A DNA stretch of 64,000 nucleotides, taken from the NCBI GenBank assembly GCA_963729715.1, contig CAVSPA010000005.1:672001-736000 (forward strand), written 5' to 3'. Shown one piece after another: positions 38,487 to 47,597 of this stretch. The stretch comes from an uncultured delta proteobacterium. Its GTDB lineage: Bacteria > Desulfobacterota > Syntrophia > Syntrophales > UBA2185. The stretch's first letter is position 1; each line of letters starts with the position of its first letter. The translations under genes were made by a program, and so were the position numbers. A model generated the notes under the pieces. It searched no databases. It was not told the origin of the DNA and saw only the letters and a list, made by a program, of their open reading frames with translations.

Positions 38487-39779
38487 TTAATAGCTCCTTT
38501 GATTATTATTCCATCTCTTAAAGATGAGACAGCTGTTAACATCGCCGAAACCGAAACCGGCTTTGGCGATAATATTTAATTCAGGAAAGTCCATGCACTT
38601 CTGTGGCACCTTATCTCCAAATTCAGCAATATCGGGGTGTATGTCTTCACAATTGACGGAAGGATGGAGGAACCCCTTGTATAATTGCAGTACTACGGCA
38701 ACGCTCTCTATGGCACCTGCTGCGCCTAAGCAATGCCCCACCATAGATTTTGTGGAATTGATATAGGGAAAATTAGCGGGGCCGCGTTCGAGGGCTGCCG
38801 ACCAGTTCTTCACTTCATAAGGGTCGGCAAAGGTTGCCGTTAAGTGGCCGTTGATTGCGTCTATATGAGCCGGCATAATACGTGCGTCGGATATGGCGGC
38901 CTTGATGCATCGTTTGACACCCTCGGGATTCGGCGCGGTTATGGAGCCGCCCATGCGATGCCCTCCGCAATTGACGGCGCCTCCGAGAACTTCAGCATAA
39001 ATCCTCGCTCCACGTTCCAAGGCGGATTCCAGATCTTCAAGCACCAGAATTCCAGCGCCCGAGCCGGGGACAAAACCACATGCTGTGGCGCTCATCGGCC
39101 GTGAAGCAGTCTCCGGGTAATCATTGAATTTCTTGCAGATGACGCGCATGGCCTCGAATCCGGCCCAGATAAAGGGCGATTGGCCTTCGGAACCACCGGC
39201 TAAAATCCTTTTTGCAAGACCGTTCCGTATTCTCCACATCCCTTCAACAATCGCTTCATTCCCCGTGCTGCAGGCAGATGAATTTGAAGTCACCTGGTTT
39301 CCGAGAGCCAAGATGCCCGCGATACTTGCGCTTGTGCCGCTATTCATGACCTGCTCTACTATCCGGCTTCCCATGCGGCGCACTTTCCCCCGGGAAACCA
39401 TGGGCACGAGAACGGTTGTAATTGTATCCATGCCGCCGATTCCGGAGCCGACGATCACGCCTGTATCCCAGTCCACAGTATCATCGTGAATGCCAGGCAT
39501 CTTGAAACCTGCGTCGGTCCATGCGTCTACGGCTGAAACAGCGGCGTATCCGATGTTTTCGTTCATCGACATCAGTGTATCTTCATTAAAATAACTCTTG
39601 CGGATATCCTCAAAGTCCTGGGGGGCAGCGCCCACCTGGCAGGAAAAGTTCAATTCCTTAAGTTCAGGAAAAAACCGGATGCCGGAGCGCCCTTTCCGCA
39701 GGGCATCTTCAAAATTAACCAAGCCATGGGCATTGGGGGCTGCTATCCCCATCCCTGTTATGACAACTCTTCTTTTCAA
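38487..39779 (-). CDS. beta-ketoacyl-ACP synthase (FabF/FabB family)
   Basis: RRVVITG; Cys in SACSTG; His in NGHLTAT and GHCLGAAG; FGFG. Confidence 0.92.
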   Translation of the reverse strand: MKRRVVITGMGIAAPNAHGLVNFEDALRKGRSGIRFFPELKELNFSCQVGAAPQDFEDIRKSYFNEDTLMSMNENIGYAAVSAVDAWTDAGFKMPGIHDDTVDWDTGVIVGSGIGGMDTITTVLVPMVSRGKVRRMGSRIVEQVMNSGTSASIAGILALGNQVTSNSSACSTGNEAIVEGMWRIRNGLAKRILAGGSEGQSPFIWAGFEAMRVICKKFNDYPETASRPMSATACGFVPGSGAGILVLEDLESALERGARIYAEVLGGAVNCGGHRMGGSITAPNPEGVKRCIKAAISDARIMPAHIDAINGHLTATFADPYEVKNWSAALERGPANFPYINSTKSMVGHCLGAAGAIESVAVVLQLYKGFLHPSVNCEDIHPDIAEFGDKVPQKCMDFPELNIIAKAGFGFGDVNSCLIFKRWNNNQRSY

Positions 39780-39804
39780 CTAATATAAACCTCCATGAAA
39801 AACA

Positions 39805-40284
39805 TTAAGCGCCCTGGGAAGGTACTCCCCTCCCCGCGAGGACACCGAAACTCACGGCCTCGCCATTTTCCCTTTCCATGGTAACCTTCATTTTAAGGCT
39901 TCCCATGCGGAAATAGACTTTGTGACCTTTAACGATCACGCGCTCACCGGGATGCACGACCCCCGTGAACTCCACCCCTTCGGCAAGGGTAAAAAGTGTA
40001 GTCAATTTTTTTGCATCCTCCACCGTTGTATACGTCTGCCTCATGTGAAGATAAAGGCCGAAGGCAACAACCCCCGTCTGTGCCATGGCTTCAATGAGAA
40101 TCACACCCGGAGTAATCGGTTTGCCTGGGAAGTGTCCCTTATAAAAATACTCATCCTCACGAAACCGGTACGTGCCGACGATGTGCTCATCATCGAGCTC
40201 CAGGATATCGTCGATAAAGCGAAACGGATGCTGTTGGGGAACACTATTTAAAATTCGTGTCATCGTCTCCCGATCAGCCGCCAT
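39805..40284 (-). CDS. FabZ-type 3-hydroxyacyl-ACP dehydratase
   Basis: PFRFID, GHFPGKPITPGVILIEAMAQ (His/Glu dyad). Confidence 0.88.
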   Translation of the reverse strand: MAADRETMTRILNSVPQQHPFRFIDDILELDDEHIVGTYRFREDEYFYKGHFPGKPITPGVILIEAMAQTGVVAFGLYLHMRQTYTTVEDAKKLTTLFTLAEGVEFTGVVHPGERVIVKGHKVYFRMGSLKMKVTMERENGEAVSFGVLAGRGVPSQGA

Positions 40285-41002
40285 AAAGCCCCCCGTTCAC
40301 ATGGACGACACTTCCCGATATATAGGATCCCCCTGTTGCGAGAAAGGCCACGACCTCAGCCACTTCCTCGGGGCGTCCTATACGGCCCAGAGTAATGTTC
40401 TCGAGAATCCTCTCTTGCACCTCTTCGGGGAGATTCTGTGTCATCTCTGTCTCGATGAATCCCGGGGCAACTGAATTGACGAGGATATTCCTCCCTGCCA
40501 ATTCTTGCGACAGGGACTTCGTAAAGGCGTCGAGAGCTGCCTTTTCCATGGTGTAGGGGATCTGACCCGCATTGCCGGTATGTCCCACGACACTGGATAT
40601 ATTGATGATGCGGCCTCCTCTCTGACGAAGCATGAAGAGGCGGATTATACGTTTGGTCAGGTACCATGTTCCGCGCATCAAGGCCCGCTGGGCATCGAAT
40701 TGCTCGATCTTCATGCTGACGATATCGGCGTTGAGAGATAGACCCGCATTGTTGACAAGGACATCCACGCGGCCCGCCTTCTCTTTTATCTTGTTGACCA
40801 GAAGTTCCACCTGATCGATATCCACCAGATCAGCCGGAAGAAGAAAGCCGTCACCTATCTCGGAGAGTAAAGCCCTTGCATGTTCCTCGCTGCTCCGGTA
40901 GTGAATGCCCACCAGAAATCCTTCTCCGGACAGCGCCCGGCAACACGCCGCGCCTATTCCTTTTCCACCGCCTGTTACGATGGCAACAGGTTTCTCGCTC
41001 AT
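40274..41002 (-). CDS. FabG-type 3-oxoacyl-ACP reductase
   Basis: TGGGKGIG, NNAG, NISS, YTMEK, APGFIETEM. Confidence 0.9.
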   Translation of the reverse strand: MSEKPVAIVTGGGKGIGAACCRALSGEGFLVGIHYRSSEEHARALLSEIGDGFLLPADLVDIDQVELLVNKIKEKAGRVDVLVNNAGLSLNADIVSMKIEQFDAQRALMRGTWYLTKRIIRLFMLRQRGGRIINISSVVGHTGNAGQIPYTMEKAALDAFTKSLSQELAGRNILVNSVAPGFIETEMTQNLPEEVQERILENITLGRIGRPEEVAEVVAFLATGGSYISGSVVHVNGGLYGG

Positions 41003-41595
41003 GAACCGCTCCTCATGATGCCGCCTATCGAGTTTACCGATCGTTTCGGATAGTCGGGATAAATGATCCCTTTGAAAATGCCGGTGCGGGCATCTTTGAT
41101 GTGGGCAATCAGTTCATTGTCAACAAAAACCTTTCCGTCTCCGATGGCAATGCTCGCCCCCGAGTCCTTCAACTGAGCGAAGCGCCTCACTTCAATATCG
41201 TAGCGGACGCATTTGTTGTAGGGACGAATCTGGCCGCTGAAAGTAATCTCACCGCAACCGAGGGCCCTGCCGGCGCCCAAGGCGCCGCGCCAGACACAGT
41301 AAAAACCGAGAAGCTGCCATACTGCATCAACGCAGAGGCAGCCCGGCTGAACCGGGTCCCCGGGCATATGGCACTGAAAATACCAGGCATCAAGTCTGAT
41401 GTCCTGCTCTGCAACAATCGAACCCTGTCTGCCGACAGAACTAAACGACAGCACCCGATCTACCATGAGAAAGGGAGGCGCCGGCAGTCGCGCCTCAAAA
41501 TTTACAGGCGGGTCATCTACCAGGGTCCCGTAGGAAAAAGCGATGAGCTCCTCCAGCCCGAAACTCTGGCATTCTCTGAAATCCGCATACTTCAT
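40999..41595 (-). CDS. fabA: 3-hydroxyacyl-ACP dehydratase/isomerase (FabA type)
   Basis: LPAPPFLMVDR, WYFQCHMPGDPVQPGCLCVD (His/Asp dyad), GRALGCG. Confidence 0.88.
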   Translation of the reverse strand: MKYADFRECQSFGLEELIAFSYGTLVDDPPVNFEARLPAPPFLMVDRVLSFSSVGRQGSIVAEQDIRLDAWYFQCHMPGDPVQPGCLCVDAVWQLLGFYCVWRGALGAGRALGCGEITFSGQIRPYNKCVRYDIEVRRFAQLKDSGASIAIGDGKVFVDNELIAHIKDARTGIFKGIIYPDYPKRSVNSIGGIMRSGS

Positions 41596-41597
41596 GA

Positions 41598-42590
41598 TTA
41601 TTCCTCTACCTGTAAGACCATATGAACCCAGGACAACCCCGCCCCGACAATGGCAATGGCCACATGATCTCCCGGACGCAGGTCATTCCAGCGTTGGCTG
41701 AGAACAGCCGGCGCTCCGGAACAGCCGGTGTTGCCAAAAAATTCCACATTGTGCCAATGATTGTTTTCCGTAATTTGAGAACGCTCGCAGACAGTTTGCA
41801 GCATACCCATATTGGCCTGATGACCGATAAAGATGAAGCGATTGCCATTGAGAGCATAGGTCTGCTGCAGCATGCGAATAGCATCTGTTGTCTTGCGAAT
41901 GGCAAAGCCCTGCACGGAGTTCCCGTCCTGCTGGAAGTAACCCATACGGGGTATTCCCACCTTGTCCCAATCTGACGGTTTCGTTTCATAAGCGCAGGCC
42001 GTAAAGAATTTGTGCGACGGCACCGTGGCAGATACAATGGCTGCGGAACTGCCGTCACCGAACAGCACCGCAGATTTCCGATCGGCATAGTCCACGCAGC
42101 GAGTGAGATTTTCCGGATTGACCAGGAGTATAAAGGGCGGCAGTGCCTCGGGTCTCATGAGGCTGACAAAGTGCACCTGCGTACCAAAGCTGGTGCAGGC
42201 GGAATTCACGTCGAAGCAGGGTACGTCGATTCCGAGTTCCGCGGCTACGGTCGAGGCTTCCGCAGGGGAAACATTATCCGCTGCCGAGCTTCCGGAGATG
42301 ACAAGCCCGATGTCTTCCTTCTTGAGACCGGCGCGCTCAATGGCCATCTGTGCGGCAGAGGCTCCGGTTTGCGCGTTATTGTAAAGGCCTGCTGCAAAAG
42401 CTTCTCTCGGGTCTCTGTTTCTTGTTTCCTTTATATAGTCCAAAGGGAGCACGGTCCGGCGTGTATGAATGCCGACCCTCTCCATGATCCATGCCTCATT
42501 TGTTCCGATATCCATCTCTTCCAAAAATCTATTGGTAATAACATTCTCCGGGTGGAAATGGCCCATACCGTGAAGATAGAGTGCACTCAT
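41598..42590 (-). CDS. ketoacyl-ACP synthase III (FabH family)
   Basis: Cys SACTSF, LFGDG, His HQAN, Asn GNTG. Confidence 0.9.
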   Translation of the reverse strand: MSALYLHGMGHFHPENVITNRFLEEMDIGTNEAWIMERVGIHTRRTVLPLDYIKETRNRDPREAFAAGLYNNAQTGASAAQMAIERAGLKKEDIGLVISGSSAADNVSPAEASTVAAELGIDVPCFDVNSACTSFGTQVHFVSLMRPEALPPFILLVNPENLTRCVDYADRKSAVLFGDGSSAAIVSATVPSHKFFTACAYETKPSDWDKVGIPRMGYFQQDGNSVQGFAIRKTTDAIRMLQQTYALNGNRFIFIGHQANMGMLQTVCERSQITENNHWHNVEFFGNTGCSGAPAVLSQRWNDLRPGDHVAIAIVGAGLSWVHMVLQVEE

Positions 42591-43786
42591 ACAAGCTCCC
42601 TCCCGATAATCATGTTCTGGACCTCCCGCACACCTTCGTAAATGTCGATGATGTGCGCATCTCTCGCCAACTTCGAAATCTCATATTCTGACATGAAACC
42701 ATATCCGCCGTGGAGATGCAGGCCTTCGTTGGCGCAGAACAAAGCCGCCTCCGCGGCTGTATTCTTCGCGAGGGAGGCATACATGCCCCTGTCGTCCGCT
42801 TTTTCCTGAACCTTGAAAGCAGCTTTCATGAGCGCCATATCCGCGAGCTCGACTTTTTTCCACATTTGCACCAATGTCTCTCTTGCAACCGACAAATCAC
42901 AGATCCTTTGTCCAAATTGCTTGCGCTCTCTTGTGTATTCCAGAGTGACATCCAATGCCCGTTTGGCGAGACCCACACCTATTGCCGCAACCATGGGACG
43001 CGCATAGTCAAGAACGTCGATGACATACTTGAAACCCTGTCTCCGATCACCGATTATCTGATTGTCATTGATGACTACGTCTTCAAAGGTGACAGCGGCC
43101 GTATTTGATAAACGCTGCCCCAGCTTGTCTTCCGGTTTGCCAATGATGATCTTTCCCCCCGTGGGGAGAGTCATCTCCTTGCCCACTGCGAGATGCGGAT
43201 CTGAATTGGAGGGAAGCACCGGTGGGGCGGGAACTATTAAGCAGGCCATGAAGTTACCCGTCGGCTTCCCTACTTTACAAAAAACGGTAAATTGTGAGGC
43301 GTAGGACGCATTGGTGATAAAGCACTTGCTGCCATTGAGGACATACGTTCCATCCGGGCTCTTCTTGATGAACGTCGTCATGGCGGAGTTGTCAGAACCG
43401 GCGCACGGTTCCGTCAGACAGAAAGAAGCCATTATGGGATTCTCGACAAAGGGGCTTAAGAAAAGGGCCTTCTGTTCGTCCGTACCATGCTGGGCAATAA
43501 CCGTGTTTGCCAGATCATTACACATTGCCGACGTGGAAATCCCCGTATCTCCGTAGGACAGTTCTTTGATGATCATGGCCGTAGAAACGGGATCAACCTC
43601 AAATCCCTTAACCGATTCAGGGATGCTCAGATTCAAAATTCCGAGGCCCCAGGCCTTCTGGATAATTTCCCAGGGGAAAATATGCTTCTTTTCCAGCTCC
43701 ATAACCTGCGGTATGATTCCATACCTGACAAATCTCTTAACTGTATCCATATACATTTGCTGACTGCTGGTAAGATTAAAATCCAT
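42587..43786 (-). CDS. acyl-CoA/acyl-ACP dehydrogenase heading the lipid cluster
   Basis: FCLTEPCAGSD, KCFITN, KLGQR, RKQFG, HGGYGF, IYEG; start MDFNL at 43786 behind GAAGGA. Confidence 0.9.
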   Translation of the reverse strand: MDFNLTSSQQMYMDTVKRFVRYGIIPQVMELEKKHIFPWEIIQKAWGLGILNLSIPESVKGFEVDPVSTAMIIKELSYGDTGISTSAMCNDLANTVIAQHGTDEQKALFLSPFVENPIMASFCLTEPCAGSDNSAMTTFIKKSPDGTYVLNGSKCFITNASYASQFTVFCKVGKPTGNFMACLIVPAPPVLPSNSDPHLAVGKEMTLPTGGKIIIGKPEDKLGQRLSNTAAVTFEDVVINDNQIIGDRRQGFKYVIDVLDYARPMVAAIGVGLAKRALDVTLEYTRERKQFGQRICDLSVARETLVQMWKKVELADMALMKAAFKVQEKADDRGMYASLAKNTAAEAALFCANEGLHLHGGYGFMSEYEISKLARDAHIIDIYEGVREVQNMIIGRELV

Positions 43787-43833
43787 TACTGAAATCCTTC
43801 GTGCAAATTTTTGCCATAAACTTCTAAGCACAC

Positions 43834-43849
43834 AGCATTATCCGTGCCA
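43834..43849 (-). promoter_or_regulatory. sigma-54 promoter of the lipid cluster
   Basis: TGGCACGGATAATGCT = GG-N10-GC, ending about 48 nt upstream of the ACAD start. Confidence 0.72.
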
Positions 43850-44176
43850 GAAGGGTGATTGACACCCCTCTGTGGACTATAATCATCCATATTTATTGAC
43901 TAATTTATGATTAGTTTGATTTTTCGGATGGCTCTCAGAAGGCCGTATTCCGGGCTTATAACGCGTAATTCTCTTTGCAGTGTGTATACGGCTATGCATC
44001 ATATGATAATGCAAGAGTAGAGACCATCCCTACTGATCAAACTGCCCGGGAGCGTTCTTCAAAGAGTAAAAAATTTATCTTGACAAGGCAAAAATATATG
44101 GAGTATCTTCGCAGCATCGAGGAACGGGTTGATTTACGGACGATAGAAACTTTTTTCACAAAGGAGGTAAGAATCG

Positions 44177-44404
44177 ATGAGGAAACTGCTTGCAATCATT
44201 TTATCAATTCTTTTCGTAGTGGCGGTTACGTTTACATTAATGGGCTGCCCATCAGCACCAGAAAAGAAACCGCCTGAGCCTGCGAAGAAAGAAGCGGCGG
44301 CTCCGGCCCCGGCAGCACCAGGAGCGCCAGCACCGGCACCAGGAGCCCCTGCGGCGCCACCGACGCCACCGGCACCGGCACCAGCGGCCCCTGCGCATAA
44401 GTAG
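44177..44404 (+). CDS. small Pro/Ala-rich putative lipoprotein
   Basis: RBS AAGGAGGT; signal peptide with lipobox-like LMGC; mature part PAPAAPGAP repeats. Confidence 0.75.
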   Translation: MRKLLAIILSILFVVAVTFTLMGCPSAPEKKPPEPAKKEAAAPAPAAPGAPAPAPGAPAAPPTPPAPAPAAPAHK

Positions 44405-44424
44405 CATCGGTAATATCTTGAAAG

Positions 44425-44464
44425 AAAAAGGCCGAGCATGTTATAAGCACGCTCGGCCTTTTTT
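44425..44464 (+). terminator. intrinsic terminator (potentially bidirectional)
   Basis: AAAAAGGCCGAGC...GCTCGGCCTTTTTT. Confidence 0.85.
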
Positions 44465-44543
44465 CTTCTTTGACCTAAGCATCTCTTTTATTCACAACCT
44501 AGGGTAACATTTAATGTGAGGCAATTCGTCTTTCTCGTCTCTC

Positions 44544-44572
44544 TTGACAACCTCGTTTTTTATCTATATCTT
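44544..44572 (+). promoter_or_regulatory. sigma-70 promoter of the two-component system
   Basis: TTGACA-17 nt-TATCTT. Confidence 0.5.
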
Positions 44573-44607
44573 CATTCATATATCATCTTTTTTAAAAGCA
44601 ATTCTTT

Positions 44608-46131
44608 ATGGAAACCTTTACATTAGCAACGGTCAGCCTGATAATTTCTCTTACCCTGATTATAAATAAAAAAAAAGTTCCTGCCCATCTGTCTTTTGCT
44701 TCCCTCTGTCTCGCGATCTTTTTCTATAAAAGCGGCGCCTTTTTCGATGAGATTTTTACGGGGCATAACTGGAGAATTATAGAATACGCCGGATTGATAG
44801 CCATCCCTCCCTGCTCGGTGAAATTCGCCCGCTCTCTCCTGCGTGAACAGACCTTCTTGAGAAAAAGAGATGTCATATCCTTCACAATTTTCAGTTTTCT
44901 CCTTGCCATTACTGTTTTCTCCCCCCTTTACAACTGGCCCTACCTGAAGACTGCTTTCTTAATATATGCCGGCGCTGCACTTTCTGTCTGTTATATCGCC
45001 CTTATCCTTTATATTAGAAATAGGCCCGTAGGTGTGGAAAGAACCCGGATGGTGTATCTGGCTTGCGCCAGTGGGGCAACCGCCATCCTCAGTGTGTTTG
45101 ATATATTCTATTATTATGGATATTCTTTTCCTCCCATATCCAACCTCTTTATTGCAATCCTGCTTTATTTTGTCCTGATTCTTATTACACATCCCCGTCT
45201 GCCGGAGTTGCATGAACTCATGGGAAGGGCCCTTGTACTCTCGATCATCACTCTTTTTGCGGCTATTGCATTTACCCTAATCGTGAGATTGTTCGGAAAG
45301 GGGGAAACGCCTCCCTTCACCCATATTTTGCTGGCGTCACTAATAATTGTGATCGCCATCGAACCTTTCAAACTTGTCCTAAAGATGATGTTCAGTTATT
45401 TTTACCCGGAAGGTAAGGATGTATTCACATCCCTTTATGCCTTCGATGAAATGCTCGAGAAAGAGAAGTCCCTTCTCCTCGAGGAAATGGCGCCCGTTTT
45501 GGCTCATGAAATAAGAAACCCTCTCGGTTCCATCAAAGGCGCCGCCCAGTACCTCAGATCGGAATCGAGCGCCGGCGACCACCAGAGGCTTCTCGACGTT
45601 ATAATAGAAGAAGTAGACCGGTTGAATAGCGTCGTATCTCAGTTTCTCAATTATGCCAAACCCTATACCCTTAAGGTTAAGATGCAGGACGTAAATCAGA
45701 TTATTGAGAAGGCCATATCTGTCATCAAAGCAAGCCCGCGTTCAGATAATATCGTCATTGAAAAAGAGCTTCGTCCTGATTTGCCCCTCATCGAGGTCGA
45801 TGCGGAACAGCTGGTTCAGGTAATTCTGAATATAGCATTCAACGCCATAGAGGCAATGCAGGAGGGCGGGACCATCATTTTCCGGACGTCCAAGATCAGC
45901 AGCGGCGATGGCGAGGCGATAGGCATTTCCATCAGGGATACGGGAAAAGGAATCAAAAAAGAGGAAATGAAAAATATTTTCAAACCATTTTTCACAACCA
46001 AGGAACGGGGAGTCGGTCTTGGCCTTGCCATCAGCCAGAAGATCATCAAGAATCATGGCGGTCATATCAAGGTTAAATCCATTCCTCTTCAGGGGAGCAT
46101 ATTTTATATCAGGCTGGGTGTCACGCCTTGA
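44608..46131 (+). CDS. sensor histidine kinase with multi-TM N-terminal domain
   Basis: Polytopic N-terminus; AHEIRNPL, NAIEA, DTGKG, PFFTTK, GLGL. Confidence 0.92.
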   Translation: METFTLATVSLIISLTLIINKKKVPAHLSFASLCLAIFFYKSGAFFDEIFTGHNWRIIEYAGLIAIPPCSVKFARSLLREQTFLRKRDVISFTIFSFLLAITVFSPLYNWPYLKTAFLIYAGAALSVCYIALILYIRNRPVGVERTRMVYLACASGATAILSVFDIFYYYGYSFPPISNLFIAILLYFVLILITHPRLPELHELMGRALVLSIITLFAAIAFTLIVRLFGKGETPPFTHILLASLIIVIAIEPFKLVLKMMFSYFYPEGKDVFTSLYAFDEMLEKEKSLLLEEMAPVLAHEIRNPLGSIKGAAQYLRSESSAGDHQRLLDVIIEEVDRLNSVVSQFLNYAKPYTLKVKMQDVNQIIEKAISVIKASPRSDNIVIEKELRPDLPLIEVDAEQLVQVILNIAFNAIEAMQEGGTIIFRTSKISSGDGEAIGISIRDTGKGIKKEEMKNIFKPFFTTKERGVGLGLAISQKIIKNHGGHIKVKSIPLQGSIFYIRLGVTP

Positions 46132-46170
46132 GAATATAGATAAAGACGGTAAGGAATTATAAGGCATACT

Positions 46171-47541
46171 ATGGCAGAGAAAATATTGGTCGTTGATGAT
46201 GAGCTCAATATGCGGCTGGTCTTGAAGGCCCTGCTGAATAAGGAAGGCTATGACGTGGCCACGGCATCGGATGGCAACGAGGCCTTGAAAATCCTCAAGG
46301 GCGGCGGCGTGCAAGTCGTCGTGACTGATCTGAAGATGCCGAAGCTCGACGGCGTGGGTCTCTTGGAGCGGGTGATTCGCGACTATCCGTCCACGCCGGT
46401 TATTATTGTCACCGCTCACGGGACTATTGCCACGGCAGTGGACGCTTTGAAGAAGGGCGCCTTCGATTATATCACCAAACCTTTTGAACGTGATGAATTG
46501 AAAAATATAATCCATAAGGCCATCAGGACCCGAAGGCTCAACGAGGAAGAACTGCTCGTCAGCCCCGATGATATTGACAGGCAGGGGATAGTCGGTTCCA
46601 GTGAGCCGATGCTGAAAATATATGATACGATCAAAAGAGTGGCGCCGACGCCGACAACTGTGCTTATATCGGGGGAAACGGGCACAGGCAAGGATCTCAT
46701 AGCATATGCAATTCACAGAAGCAGCCCGCGCCGGGATAATCCGTTCGTCAAGATTAACTGTGCCGCCATTGCGGAAAATCTCATAGAGAGTGAACTGTTC
46801 GGATACGAAAAAGGGGCTTTCACGGGAGCAGTGTCCACGAAGCCCGGGAGGTTTGAGCTGGCGGATAAGGGGACTCTGTTTCTCGACGAAGTAGGAGAAA
46901 TTCCCCGGGACATGCAGGTGAAGCTCCTTCGGGTAATCCAGGATTATGAATTCGAGCGTGTCGGCGGGCTGCGTACGATTAAGGTGGATGTGAGATTAAT
47001 TGCGGCGACGAACAGGAATCTCCTCCAGGACGTGAAAGACGGCAGGTTCAGGGAAGATCTTTACTACAGGCTCAATGTCTTTCCCACGCACCTGCCTCCC
47101 TTGCGGGAAAGAAGAGAGGACATCCTTCCCCTGACAGATTATTTTATCGAGAAATTCAACGGCAAGTTAAGCCGAGAGGTTAAGCATATCGATGCGCGTG
47201 TGCAAGATGTGCTTGTCAATTATGACTGGCCCGGCAATATCAGAGAGCTGGAAAATTTCATAGAGCGGATTGTTCTCTTGTCTGGCGGAGACGCGATTAC
47301 CTTCGAAGATATTCCTCCCGAATGGAAGTCGGCCGCCGAAGCAATCTCCGTCTCCCAGCGTGGCGGCCAGAAAAAACCCTTCAAAGATTTCGTGAAGGGC
47401 CACATGGAAGAAGTGGAGAAACAGAGCATAATACAGTGCCTCGAGGAGGTGGGCGGCAATGTCACAAAAGCGGCTCAGCGTCTCGGTCTCAGCAGAAAGG
47501 GTCTGCAACTGAAGATGATAAAATATAATCTTCGCAAGTAG
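46171..47541 (+). CDS. NtrC-family sigma-54-dependent response regulator
   Basis: REC domain (VVDDE, TDLKMP); GETGTGK, GAFTGA, WPGNIREL; C-terminal Fis-type HTH. Confidence 0.95.
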   Translation: MAEKILVVDDELNMRLVLKALLNKEGYDVATASDGNEALKILKGGGVQVVVTDLKMPKLDGVGLLERVIRDYPSTPVIIVTAHGTIATAVDALKKGAFDYITKPFERDELKNIIHKAIRTRRLNEEELLVSPDDIDRQGIVGSSEPMLKIYDTIKRVAPTPTTVLISGETGTGKDLIAYAIHRSSPRRDNPFVKINCAAIAENLIESELFGYEKGAFTGAVSTKPGRFELADKGTLFLDEVGEIPRDMQVKLLRVIQDYEFERVGGLRTIKVDVRLIAATNRNLLQDVKDGRFREDLYYRLNVFPTHLPPLRERREDILPLTDYFIEKFNGKLSREVKHIDARVQDVLVNYDWPGNIRELENFIERIVLLSGGDAITFEDIPPEWKSAAEAISVSQRGGQKKPFKDFVKGHMEEVEKQSIIQCLEEVGGNVTKAAQRLGLSRKGLQLKMIKYNLRK

Positions 47542-47597
47542 AGAGGCATGAACACCAAGCGAGGATGCCTATCACCCGAAAATTTTCAGAGGGAGAT

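Noticed and set aside
43802..43816. Second sigma-54-like site TGGCAAAAATTTGCA
   Set aside because: GG-to-GC spacing is 9 nt, not the required 10
43859..43883. Perfect TTGACA and TATAAT hexamers
   Set aside because: Spacer is only 13 nt
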